Below, piece by piece: positions 37,240 to 50,102 of a stretch of DNA of 64,000 nucleotides. The translations under genes were made by a program, and so were the position numbers. The stretch's first letter is position 1. Each line of letters begins with the position of its first letter. Under the pieces are notes generated by a model. It was not told the DNA's origin. It saw nothing but the letters and a program-made list of their open reading frames with translations, and did not search any database. Source of the stretch: Octopus vulgaris (lineage: Eukaryota); NCBI GenBank assembly GCA_951406725.2, contig OX597824.1, forward strand, positions 44,888,001-44,952,000, in the 5' to 3' direction.

Positions 37240-40200
37240 CTATCACTATGACCCGGCGTTGCCGAGTTTAGTGCTAGTGCATCTCAAGAACGACGGGCTT
37301 GTGTTTGTTCTGCGGTTTCGTCTGCCCTTGCGCTGGCCATGGCAGCGGCATCTCAAGAACGACGGGCTTGTGTTTGTTCTGCGGTTTCGGCTGCCCTTGC
37401 GCTGGCCGTGGCAGCGGCATCTCGAGAACGGCAGGCCTATGTTTGTTCTGCGGTTTCGACTGCCCTTGTTTTGTCTGTGGCAGTGGCATTCCAAGCTAAT
37501 CGAGTAGCTCTGTCTAGGGGTGCCTCATTGGCCCTTCTGGCCCTCTTAGCTTCTGAATCAGCCGTCTTTCTTCCAATGCGAGCTCTCTTCTTTGGGGGCA
37601 TTTTGGCAATTTATTGAAATTAGTGAACTTTAAATGGATTTAGTTTTTGTGGACTAAGTGAGATAGCTTGGGGCAACCGATAAGCACACGATTTTAAGTA
37701 ATGGCAAAGCAATAATCAAAACGATAATGGCAGAAGCGGTACCCAAATGGAAAACAAAGGGCTATTTAAAAACAGTAAAGAAATCGTAGACAGGTTTCAA
37801 GAACAAAAACTGTTTACTGTGCTTGTAGGTTGGTGAAAACATTGGCTGCTCAAAAGAAGCAATAATCAAAAAGTGGGATCAAACACGAAAACGTCTATTT
37901 TTATTCAAAAAAATGATGCCGAACTATGGCAAATTCCCTAATTAACACTTTGGTTAATCAAAAGAAGCAATAATCAAAACGTGAACTGATATCAAGCAAA
38001 AAAAGGTTATTTTTATGCAAAAAAATTGGGGTCAAACTGCAGCAGATGCTTTAATTAAGTGTTAATTGATGAGTTGCTAGGCAAAAATATGGCCTGGCAG
38101 ACCCAAGTAAAAGTGATAGGTAAAGTGGAATTTTATGAACAAAGCTTGTGATCAGTAACGGAAACTGAGTCATGAAGCATAATTGTGAAAAGTGTTTGAG
38201 TCTGGGCACCAAAGCATGCATCCTCATGCTTAATTAGCACATTGAATCTTATTGGATAATGATCTAGTACACACAAATCCAAGGCTGCGCATCTAAGGTC
38301 AAACGTTTACATATGTCCCTCAGCAGCATTGGCCAGTACACGCACATGTTCAAGGTCATACGCAGTGCCATGCTCATGCACATGATGACTAAGTGTCTAT
38401 GTGGGAAAACGCTCTTTGTGGTGTTTGATACACGGGTTAATTAATTAGTGGAAAGTGGATTCAAGTTAGAAAAACATAGGGCATTTGTGAAGTGTAAAAC
38501 CCAATCAATTTGCAGTAGCAAACAAAAAGCTTATTATGTGGAAGTTAAGGCTAAAAGAAAACATTGTAATTCAATTTGAATGGGGAAGCCTGTAAGGGAT
38601 TGTTATGGGCCAACTCTAATCAAATTAAGATTTCACACACCATAAGTAATAACCTGAGTACCCTTGTCACATGCTATGTAGATAGCGAATGATTTGACCT
38701 CAGGCTGAATGCGAACTCAACAAACGATGGTTATGTGTATTTTCAAAATCATGCTGTGGTGCAGTCAAATTCGAGTTTTTTGCTTTCTTCTTCCTCTTTT
38801 TTTGACCGATTATGACATGTGCACAGTTCCGCTAACTGAAAGCTTCATATCATGTGCTTGTTCGTTTCTGGTGTTTCAATAAAAAGTTCTTACTTAATCA
38901 AGGTAGTGCAGAAACACTGTATGACTCGTGAGTTCTAGCCTTGAATTGTCTTAGGTACTGGTGTGCTTCTGTTTGGTTAGGCTTTTTACAGATAAAGATT
39001 ACTTCATTTTGAGCTAAATCCCTTTCTTTGTTTTCGGAAATTATGCTTGCCTTTCCATCGCATATGTTTTTTAATGCGTTTGACTGAGCCCATTCAGAGG
39101 TGCAGCTGCACTGGGTAATTAATCATTGCAAATTTAGTGGCTTTGTTGAAGGTGATGGGGGAGCATGTTAGAAAATTGATAAAGACCACCACCATGAAAG
39201 CAAACCTTCACCAATAAAATGAAATGAATAAACAGGGCTGACAAAGTTATCCAATTTCCTAGCAAGCGGAAAAATGTGACTGGAAATTAATTAGCATCTC
39301 AATTTTCACTCGTATCTCAAAACACAAAAGCATGAAATTTCGCTTAAGAAAATCTTTGTATCTTAGGTCATTCGTACCTCAAGTTAGGGCTAAAAGAAAA
39401 GGTTGCAGTCAATTTAAATGCGGAAATCCTCAAGGAATAGTTTTATTGAGTTTCCACTGATTGATTGGCAATTTTGGTAAACTTGAATCAAATTAAGATT
39501 TTTTGCACCAAAAAGATCACCTTGATAACCCTATGTCCCTGCTGTGTAGGTAGCAAATGACTCGATCTTAGGCTGAATGCAAATAAAAATAAATGTTTTT
39601 TATGAATATCCCTTGGTGGGGGTCAACTTACCCATTTTTCATTTTTAATCCTACTTGAATAAAACATCCTGGGCTCTTGCTGGATAACTTAAATCAACCG
39701 AAAGCATAAAAGTAAAGCCCTTGCTAAATAGATTCACTGAATAGGCTCCAACTCTTTTATGGCATACTTAAGGAATGATAGCATATCAAGCATATTTGGT
39801 CTTTCGTGAAAATCCCGCTCTCTTGTCATTCACTTGGTCTAACTCGTTAATTATTCCCTGCATTTCTCAAATCAAAAAAGCATGCACGTTTGAAAGCCAA
39901 AACACATGATAACACGTCTTCGCAAAACACAAAAATGCACTGAGTCATACAGACTGTCTGCAAATGTGCACGCACATTCAACTGTCAAGGGTAAAATTAT
40001 CTCTGTCCAATCAAAAAACAGCTGGCAGTCTATTGGCGTATCTAGCTGTACACATGCACTGTGTACAAATATCTATGTTTTAGCAATTTTATATGGATAT
40101 GCCCATAACTTATGGGCATAAGGGGTCGGTTTATCAATTTTTTTAATGGCTTTCTGGGGTGACTGGGGAAATGAAAAGATCTTCACGACCAACCTCAGAC

Positions 40201-40296
40201 AGTTTTGAAAGCCCATAGAAAATGCGAGCTTTTTACATGAAAAACTGTGGATTTGTATAAAGGACACAGACATTTTGCTGTTTATAGATATAGAGA
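37240..40296 (-). mobile_element. Non-autonomous Helitron
   Basis: 5' end A|TCTCTATATCTATAAA at 40296. 3' hairpin ACTCGGC-AAC-GCCGGGT followed by ...GATAG|T at 37240. Carries a RepHel N-terminus remnant (MPPKKR..., three 69-bp repeats). Confidence 0.75.
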
Positions 40297-41913
40297 TATA
40301 AACTTATTTCATAGATTAAATTTTAAAATAATTCTCTAAAGTAAAATATTATAGCTGGTTCTGTTCCACATTTGTATAAACATAAATGTTATACACACAG
40401 ACACTTGAACCTGTAACTGTTTCAAGTGCATATATTAATTTAGTTTCTGCCTGGCCAGCTTTTGCACAAATCAGTAAATGTTTTGCTTATAAATTTCTAT
40501 ATTAGAACAAGCATTTTTGGTTTGGCTCAGAACATCTGTAGTATTTGTTACTGAGGAGATCAAATCAGGTTGAAACAGTGAATCTGGTGATCCACTAGCA
40601 TTCTGAAGAAAGCCTTATATTTTTAACACATAAATCTCTAAGCAGTTTCACTGAAACAAAATAATACAGCTAGTGCTGATTCACTTTTGTATATACATTA
40701 TATTATACACACAATATTAACCTTATCTTTAGATATGAAAGCAATTTTAATATTCACATCTTCATCATATTTCAAATGGCTTGTTTCAAATTCAGTCTGG
40801 TACTAATTTGCACTCCCAGGATGACAAGCAGTCACTCTGAATGAAACATCACGTAAGTAAAAAATAAAAAAAATTTCATCTCTAAATACAAGGTTAATAT
40901 CTTCTATCTTTTACTTGTTTCAATCATTCTACTGTGGTCATGTGGAGGCTCTACTTTGAATGAGTCAACTCCAATACTTTGTTTTTAAAACCTGGAACTT
41001 TTATTCTAATCTCATTTGCAGAACTACTAAGCTATAAGGACTGAAACAAATCAACACTGGTTGTCAAATGGTGGCATGGGGGACACACATGACAAGCTTC
41101 TTTTATTTCTGTCTATCAAATTCACTTACCCAAGGTGTCATGCAGTGGGACTGAACCCAGAACTATGTGGTGCAAAAGCAAACTTCTTACCACATAAAAA
41201 AATTGAAACCTACTAACAATAATTTATTTCAGATATTTATACACTTAATATTTAATATTGAGATTTTATATGTATTTGGACAATACACTTTTCAGTTTTC
41301 ATCTCCCTGGGTACCAGATAATCTACATTAACATCCTACTTGGTAAGAGTCTTAGCCCTCAAGAGTCCTAAAACGAGAGGTATGTCTCTCAACTCTTCAA
41401 TGTTATAAAAGCTACGATAAGTCCCACCATACAGCAGCATTTTCTGGTAATGAATATGGATAGAAAGATGTTATTTGTATCAAAGAATGTTTTGTTTTCT
41501 CTATTTTTAAAATATGCTGCCAGACCATAAAAAAAAAAATAAAGACAAAGAAATGCTAACAGAAGTTTGTGTGATGTTAAAAAAACTAAAAGGTTCCTTC
41601 TTAAATTCCCACCAAGTTAGTGACACAACAAAGATATTTCCTAAAACTCAAACTGAACAAAAACTGTTTAGCCCTTTTAATATCAACCCACATAAGACTA
41701 TGTGCCTCCAAGTGCTCATATTTAAATTAAAATCTTAAAACAAGAATGATAAATTGAGATTTTCATTGGTCAACTTCAACACAACATAATACCAATATAT
41801 AAAGTTATAGTCAATCTATTCTTCAGAAATAAAGTCACAAAAGCAAATTTGATTAATGGCCACAATATTGAGAAATAAAATACATTCAAGAATGAAAAAT
41901 ACAGAAAACGTAC

Positions 41914-42035
41914 TTCTCTCGATAAATTCTTCGGTTCATTTTACGCATTTCTCTGCTACTTTTTTCTGGATCAAAATCTTCCATAAATTTCACAGAATTG
42001 ATAGGAGAAAGCATTTTCAAATGCTTGCCAACATC
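41914..42035 (-). CDS. ARL14EP: ARL14EP-like gene, internal coding exon
   Basis: Acceptor ctcttttaaatag|GAT and donor AA|GTACGT. The 122 nt encode DVGKHLKMLSPINSVKFMEDFDPEKSSREMRKMNRRIYRE plus 2 nt, resembling the F-x-P-E-x-x-x-R-E-x-R segment that precedes ARF7EP_C. Phase 2 joins the 35285 exon in frame (AA+C = Asn). Confidence 0.85.
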
Positions 42036-42079
42036 CTATTTAAAAGAGTACAACATAACAATAATTTCTAGTATGTATG

Positions 42080-42113
<34 letters not shown>

Positions 42114-44017
42114 ATTTTGATGTAAAAAAAAAACAGTCATGGCAGTGTGGATAAGAAGCTCGTTCAGCCCCACTGTATGGCACCTTGGGCACACAGTGGC
42201 AAACAACCAAGCACTTTAGAGTTTATAGCATGCTCTATTGAAATAAACAAAATCCTATGCTACCTTAACTATAAAAGATAGCAAAAAATGCAACATGTTT
42301 TACATAGGCTGCAACATTTACACATTTCTTATATTCATTAGAGCTCAGAAACATGACAGACTTGTCTAAAAGGCATTCTATCAACACAGATTAACCACTG
42401 ATTAACAGTCACCATCATCTTGACTATTTATTAATAGTTTATTGTATTAATATTGCTATCTACTCATCTTTGTGCATCTTTGACATGTGTAGTATTGTAA
42501 ACACTTTAGCTCTCAATGCAAAATTTCTAGTTAGTGATTAGGGTTTTTTTTTAAAAGAAAAAATAAGCTGGAATATTAAATTTGCGGTAAAGAAGTTTGT
42601 TTCTTAACCATGTGATTCACATGGCACCTTCGGTAAGTGTTTTCTACTATAATGCAGAGCTTACCAAAATTTTGTGAATAGATCCAGCAGACAGTGTGTG
42701 TGTGTAGGAGTGCTAGTGTCTCCTTGTCTAGACATTGCACAATAGTTGTCAACAAGCAACACTATCATACAAACTTGTTTGTTTCCAATCTTTCGCATAA
42801 CATGTCTAACCATAGAGAAAATATCTTATTTGGGAACAAGTGAAAGTTGGTGACAAGGAGGGCATCCAGTGGTAGGAAATTTACTTCAACAAATTCTATC
42901 TGATCCATCCAAACATGGAAAAGTGGGCATTAAAATGATGATGATGATAATGAAATATTGAACAGATCATTTTTCTCTAACTTGGCATTGTTAGGCTACT
43001 TTGATTACCTTCCTATTTTTATACTGTTTAATGATTTAAATAAACTACAAGATCTTATGCCACTACAACTATAATAGATAAAATATTTATTCCACATTAA
43101 GTTAACTGCTAGATCTTTATGTGTTTGCGATAAAAGATCAGCACTATTGTTGTACAGAGTGAAAGGATTGTAGTTGTGATGTTTGTGCCTTTTCTGATAA
43201 GTATTAGTAGAATAGGTGCAATACCTAAGACAAGAGTCAAAGCTGACTTGCATAATATAGTTTGCCAGGAGCTTACTACCCGCATGGCAATTCTTGACAG
43301 TTATAATCATTATTATCACCAATAATAATAATAATTATATATTATAGTATATTATTCCAGTATGTACAGGAGATAACTCTAGACATGTTTTGGTCTTATA
43401 CCTGCTCAGCAAAGCATAAACTTGTCAAAGCAGTGATCATTAACTTAACTACATTTTAATACTGATGGTGTTCCTGAATAAAAGTGCTAATTTTCTCTCA
43501 AAGTGTTGGCATAGCTGTATGGTTTAGAAATTAGCTTCGCAACCATATGGTTTCGGGTTCAGTCCCACAGTGCAGCACCTTGGATAAATGTTTTGTACCC
43601 AGACAAACCAAAGTCTTGAGTAAATTTGGTAGACAGAAACTGAAAGAAGCCCATTATGTGTGTGTGTGTGTGTATGTTTATATTTGTGCTTTATGAAAGA
43701 CGCTTGCTACAAGCAGTGTTGCTGCTGTTACTTCTACTGACAACAAATTTCCCACTCAATTCACACCTTCAAAGATGTGTGAAATAAGAGATCCTTTACT
43801 TGAAAAACAAGCAAAGGTTAACACAGAAATAGCATACAACTGTTGGATGCTGAATATGCCTAACACATGCTAGCATGGAAAAGGGATGTAAAAACAAATG
43901 AACACAAGTATAATATTGTACATCTATTTAGTAATTGTCTTATCACTACTTTAACAAGTATAGAGAAATTTACATTTTACTGATGAGGTTTAGAAAGCCT
44001 GAAATAAAGCTCACACT

Positions 44018-44444
44018 AACTTAGCTATTATTCTTCTGCCGATGGTATCTTAATAATTCATTCCCTAAAATAGCTGTTTTATGGTATTTAGTGTTAAGTT
44101 CAAATTCAGTCCAAGTCAAAAGACTCATATTCATAAAATATGAACAAATCATTATTTACTGGAGTTGACATTGTACCTACATAGAAGAGTGGTAAGTAGA
44201 TATGGGAAAGCATTGAACCTTGCAGTAACTACCTTACTGCAAGGTTCAATGCTTTCCCATATCTACTTACCACTCTTCTATGTAGGTACAATGTCAACTC
44301 CAGTAAATAATGATTTGTTCATATTTTATGAATATGAGTCTTTTGACTTGGACTGAATTTGAACTTAACACTAAATACCATAAAACAGCTATTTTAGGGA
44401 ATGAATTATTAAGATACCATCGGCAGAAGAATAATAGCTAAGTT
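44018..44444. repeat. Perfect palindrome, 211-bp arms, 5-nt spacer
   Basis: 44018-44228 is the reverse complement of 44234-44444; the spacer is CTACC. Confidence 0.95.
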
Positions 44445-45639
44445 CCTTCGAGTTCAAATCCTGCTTGGGTTAACTGCACCTATCAATCCCTCTACAAGAA
44501 AATACTCCATATAGTAACTATTACATCCACTATGGCTACAGTAAGGATGACTGAAGAAGGAAAGCTAGGGACACAGGCAGTATTTAGATAGAGCTGCATA
44601 GAGAGAATTATAGTAGCATTAGTACTAAAAACAGAGAGAGGACATTGATTAATATTGTTTAATCTAAATTGTTCGTTTATTTTTATCATTCGTTTTTACA
44701 TCCATTTGTCTATGCATGCATGGGTTAGATGAATTTGTTTTTGAGGCACTGCTTTATAGTCAAATGTCCTTCCTGTTGCTGACCCTTACCTGTTTTTCAA
44801 GCAAGGGTCCTTTTATTCCACATGGCTTCAAAAGAGTAAAGCAAGCAAATGATGTGTTGACAAGAGAACTGACAACATTGCACATATGTAACAACTTTCA
44901 TAGAAGTGAGCAAAATGTAAACAAACATGCACACATTTTATAGATGTGTATATATGACAGTTTTCTTTCAGTTTCTGTCTACCAAATACACTCATAAGGC
45001 TTTGGGGGCTTTGGCCAACCAGGAGCTATAGTAGAAGACACCCAGAGTGCTACAGAGTGGGACTGAATCCCTAAACCAGGTTGGGAAGAGAATTTCTTAC
45101 CCATACAGTCACACCTTCCTCTGTACAGAACTAATTTATTAATTTTTACTTTTTGAACTTGGAAGCATGGTCTGGTAATATTCATTCTTCATGTTGAAAA
45201 TTTAGCTTGACACACAGTTAAAATGGTGCAGCTTTAAAATTTTTCAGATAAGGTACAGTTGCTGAAGTGCAGTAGTTACATTTGGTTAAGCGAGTCTGCA
45301 ATATAATAAAAAAATGTCTCATTTCATTTACAATGTTAGTATCCTTGGGAAATGTATAAATGCCAAAACAAAATGGCATCACAGTCAGTTTTAGAAAGTA
45401 GAATGGTTACTGCTATCATGCGAAGTCATAATCCACTTTTGAACTCCTAACTCTCCTGATTTTATTTTTCATCTTGCTTATCCCTCAAAACTTTGTATAA
45501 GAAAGCAATGAACATGACAATTTCATGATATTAAGACATGTCTAGGAAGGGATATGTCTTGTCTGAAAACACCACTACCATCCAATTTCAGTTTGTTTTA
45601 TCACAATATCTTATTAGTGTTAGGTTTCATTTTGAATAA

Positions 45640-48600
45640 TAATAATACTTTCTTTATTGGCCACCAGGGCCAAACACAAAACATAAAAGATGATACACAG
45701 ATGAGGGACAGTGGCGTTAAACGTGTAAACAGCAAAAAAAAAAAAAATTAACAAGGAGATTAAACCAACAATGTACTTCCCCAATAGGGGGGAGTTCCAC
45801 CGAGAGGTGAGCTCACACACTTTCGACACCCTAACACCAAAGGCCCCTAAGGTAGGCACACCTCTCTTCCTCATTCCATCCGGTCTACAGGCGCACACTT
45901 AGAGTAGGCCCATTCACATGGGCCATTCTTGCCACATTCATCCACCTTTCAACAAACTGACTGGGTGACAGCACCTCTCTCTCCAGCCTCACTTTCCTTT
46001 TCAGGTAGAACCTGAAAAAGTCAATGAGGCTTTTGCCATAGCCACCAAACAGAGAAAAACTGCTTGTCCTTCCCAGCCAAAGGAAGGAGGCAGGATGATC
46101 TTCACAATGGACTTGGACGATAGCCGGATCCATCCTACACGTGACAATAACTGTTCAACAAAGCTCCACAAGGCAGCAATGTGTGGACACTGTATGAGAG
46201 CATGCAGAACAGTTTCATTACTCTGCATGCATCTCAGACAAGCCCGTCTGACTGCATACCTATGCCTGTAAAGCTTATTGCGAACTGGCAGAGCCCTCTG
46301 GTATCACTTCCAAGCCAGGGATTTCTGAAAGTTATCCATAGGCCCCAGCCCAAAAGTCCTCCGGAAGAGGCCAGCCAGTTGATCCCTCCCGATGTTCAGA
46401 ACCTCTCTGAGAACATCATCACTCTTGTCCTCCACAGAACTCCAAGATAGAACTTCCACCGACCACACTGCCTGACTGGACAAGGGCCGTGAGCACTTGG
46501 AGACACTCTAGGTGCCAAGTGCCCTGCCTTGGTCTATGCCTGATCCAGGACTGTAGACATGTCAAGGAGATGAGCTAAGGAAAAGCACTTTCAACAAACA
46601 GTAGCCATACTTGCTCACTGTTAAGGTATTACCAGAGATGTTGCAGCCTCAGTGCATGTCAACCATGCATGCCCAGTCCTCCACGCAATGAGTGCTGATA
46701 GCAAATGGACTGTCTGACAAGTGGTACCTGTCCCTTCCACAGGAAGCGCACCAGCCTGTTCAGCCATGAAGTCAGGCAGTAGTACATGATGGATGCGATG
46801 TATGCATTCACCACCTCCACCTGACCTTTCAAGGACAGCTTCCTCTCGGCCCATTTCTGGGTGAGACTGGCCATCCTGTTTGTCACCTTACCCCAGTTCT
46901 TGTCCACTTGGAGGTCCGGACTGAACCAGACCCTGAGGAACTTAACCAGTCCTTCCATCCAGCACCCAACAAAGCTGTTGGTTGGCAAGGATCTGCCTCT
47001 CCAGGGGCCAAGCTGCAGACCGACTGACTTCTGTTTAATCATTGCTTCTGTCACCACTTTGTATTCCCTTAGGGTAGTGCCAACCATCTCAATTTCCGAG
47101 ACATCCAACACTATCACAGTGACTTCGTCTGCATATGCAGACACAAATCTTTCGCATCTTAGTTCACTTGGGATGCCCCTCAAAACATCCAGCTTCCATA
47201 GAAATGGCTTGAATATCAGTACATAGAGAAAAGATGAGAGTGGGCATCCTTGACGGACTGAACATGCGATGCTAAACGATTCCAACAGGTGGCTATTTAC
47301 TTTGACCAACGAACAGATGTCACTGTACATTGCAGTGATCCAACCTCTGAAAACAGGACTGAAACCAGCCACCTTAAGGACAGCCTCCAAATACTGATGG
47401 TCAATCCTATTGAAAGCTTTCGATTGATCCAAATTGATTAGGGCCCCACCTATGCCAGGTTCTTTACCAACACCTCTCTATGATGTATCGCGTGAGGTAG
47501 AGATTGTCGTCGATAGATCGGTTGAGGATAGTGCAAGTCTGTTCATCACCCACCAGTCTGTCAATGACAAGCGCCAACCTCTTTGCTAACACATTGGCCA
47601 AAATTTTGTAATCTGCATTTAGCAGAGTTACAGGCCTACAGTTATCAACAATGTGCCCCTTGTTCAGATCCTTTCTCAGTAGTACCACCACATCATGGCT
47701 CACAGATCTGGGGATTTTCCCGTTCTGCTGCCAGTTGCAGAAAACACTGCAAGAGCTCACCAAACAAGTCTGACATATGAATATAAAGCTTGAAGGGCAG
47801 ACCATCTAATCCTGGAGATTGCCCCTTCGTGCAACTAGCCAACGTGTCACATATATCTTCAGCTGTTATCAGCATTTTGCAGAACTCCACATCACTGGCT
47901 GAAAGCCGCAGCATACCATCAAGGTTGGCGCAAAGAGGTTGGCGCTTGTCATTGACAGACTGGTGGGTGATGAACAGACTTGCACTATCCTCAACCGATC
48001 TATCGACGACAATCTCTACCTCACGCGATACATCATAGAGAGGTGTTGGTAAAGAACCTGGCATAGGTGGGGCCCTAATCAATTCACCACCATGTGCCCT
48101 GAACAGTTCAGCAAAGTGCTGCTGAAATTCCGCACAAATCTGCATCACTGTTTTTTGCTGTTCTTGTTGCATTTGTGGTGTGAGTTTCCTTTCAGGGTTT
48201 TGGTGTTTGTGGTGCTTTAGTTGATGACTGTGGTGCTGCAGGAGTTGTCTAAGTGTCTGCATTTGTTGTGGGTGTATGTGTAGTTTCTTTGTTATCTTGT
48301 TTTGGTGTAGGACAAGATGTCTCGCCTCTGTGACTTCTTTTCAGTTTTTTGGATTTACTCTGTTTCCCCTCATCATCACTTTTTAATGTGGTTGAACCAA
48401 TGTCTGCTGCAACCTCCTCCTCTCTGTGTGGAAGTGAATTTGTGTTTGTATGTGTATCTTTTCCTGCATCCTTGTTTGTGAGAGGTGGGGTTGTTGAGCT
48501 TGGTTGCAAGGAGTTAGTTTTCGTGGTTGACCTCTCCAACAGTTTTCCTGCTGGTGTTGTTGTTACGCCTCCCACTGCTGCCACCATTGTTGCTATTTTT

Positions 48601-49590
48601 GCTGCTTTCCCTGTTGTTGGTGGTGATCTCTCTACAGCTGGTGCTGTTTTTTGTTTTCCAAGCCCTGGTATTGGTGTCAACGGATGTCTACAGGCACTTG
48701 TACCTTTTCGCTGAGGACAGTGCGCTTGTAGGTGTATTGCTTCACCACAAGCAAAGCAATGAGGCAGACATGGTCTGGGATGTTCTCCAAGTCTTGTGGT
48801 TTTTATCCAGGACTTCTAAGAGGAGAGTGTTGCTGCCCTCTGCGATCGTGCATCCCACAAACCGCCATATGTTGATATCTGGTGTTATTCCGTGGACTCA
48901 AACTTTCATTGTTCTTTTGCCTATGTACGATTGGTACATTATAAGCTGGTCACTTTTACAGGCTCCCACCGAATGCTTCATGGCCAGATCTTCTGTTTTA
49001 AAAAGGACCAAGATGGTACCAAAACTTCAGTCTCTTTGAATGCATTCGACATCCTCTCTGATTGATCTCTGCCATCTCTGCCGAGATACACCTATACTTT
49101 ACTGTCCTCTTCTCAATTTCTACCTCCACTTTGGCTGGGATTGCAAGGTTTGCCTAGGTTTTTTCTCTTTTTATGAGTTTGCGGGCCAGGGCTAACATCG
49201 CTTTTGTTGTCATTTTGCAGATGCTGCTGCAAATCTACTTGTTCTGCTCTCCCTGTTGATGGTGGTAGTGGAATTGTTCACATTGTTACTACTATTGTTA
49301 CTTCCAAATACACCTGCCTCTCTGTTGCTGGTGTTGACATTGGTATTGGCTGTGTTCTCATCAATATTTTTGTTGTCGCTATTCATTCTGTTAAGCTTCT
49401 CTGTTCCATGTTGTTGGAGTTGTTATTTTCTGTGTTGATATCAGTTATCATAGTATTTTCCACATTATTTCTGTTTGAGGAGTAGGCAGTTACAATTTTG
49501 TTCTCTATTCGACTATTGAGTGATTGTATGTTCCCCATTGTGTTGCTTTTCTCTGTTGTAATACTTCTCTGTTCTTTTACAGTTGCATGT
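45640..49590 (-). mobile_element. Tx1/L1-like LINE with ORF1 remnant and RT
   Basis: ORF1 CCHC knuckle CFACGEAIHLQAHCP (about 48705-48765). RT motifs PGLDGLP, RPVTLLNADYKILA, DQSKAF, RQGCPLS, YAD. Endonuclease region deleted. Confidence 0.87.
47432..48084. repeat. 155-bp inverted duplication inside the Tx1 element
   Basis: 47930-48084 is the reverse complement of 47432-47586. Confidence 0.9.
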
Positions 49591-49594
49591 ACAT

Positions 49595-50102
49595 TGTTTT
49601 GTCTTGGTATAAAAGATGGGCTACAGCAAATATTCTGCTCAATACCACAGATTTACTTGTCAGTTGTTTGACCATAACCAGTTGACCATGTCTCTTAGTG
49701 GCTGACGATATGTGCATCTCTGACTACAAGCAGGAGTAGTTGGGGAGCATCATAGCTGTGTGTTGAAAGGAATTCTTGGAGGTTTGGATAATTCACCTTT
49801 GGAAACATGGGTGGTTCGTTCAACATCCTTAAACAATCCTTATTCAGGGACCTTTTGAGCGGGATGGGCTACTCGACCAGAAGAAAATTCTAACTGGGCC
49901 CCACCTGCAAGGTCATGCGTTGTTTATCTTGATATGAGATCACCATATCGTGCACGTTTGGTTGTGATGAATGTGCCTGGTGTACCCTTATCAAACGGGT
50001 AGTCATGATGGGTATACTGGGCTTCGTATATTTTACCCCAGTGTCACTTTGATGGCATGCACTGCTCTCTCACTCAATAACAACAACAACAACAACAATA
50101 AT
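49595..50102 (+). mobile_element. 3' UTR of a non-LTR retroelement ending in (AAC/AAT)n (possibly R4/Dong type)
   Basis: Non-coding GC-richer block ending CTCTCTCACTC-AATAACAACAACAAC. The clade assignment is from recall only. Confidence 0.4.

Noticed and set aside
43979-44035. CTGATGAGGTTTAGAAAGCCTGAAA hammerhead-like core
   Set aside because: There is an extra base before GAAA and no convincing helix I or III.
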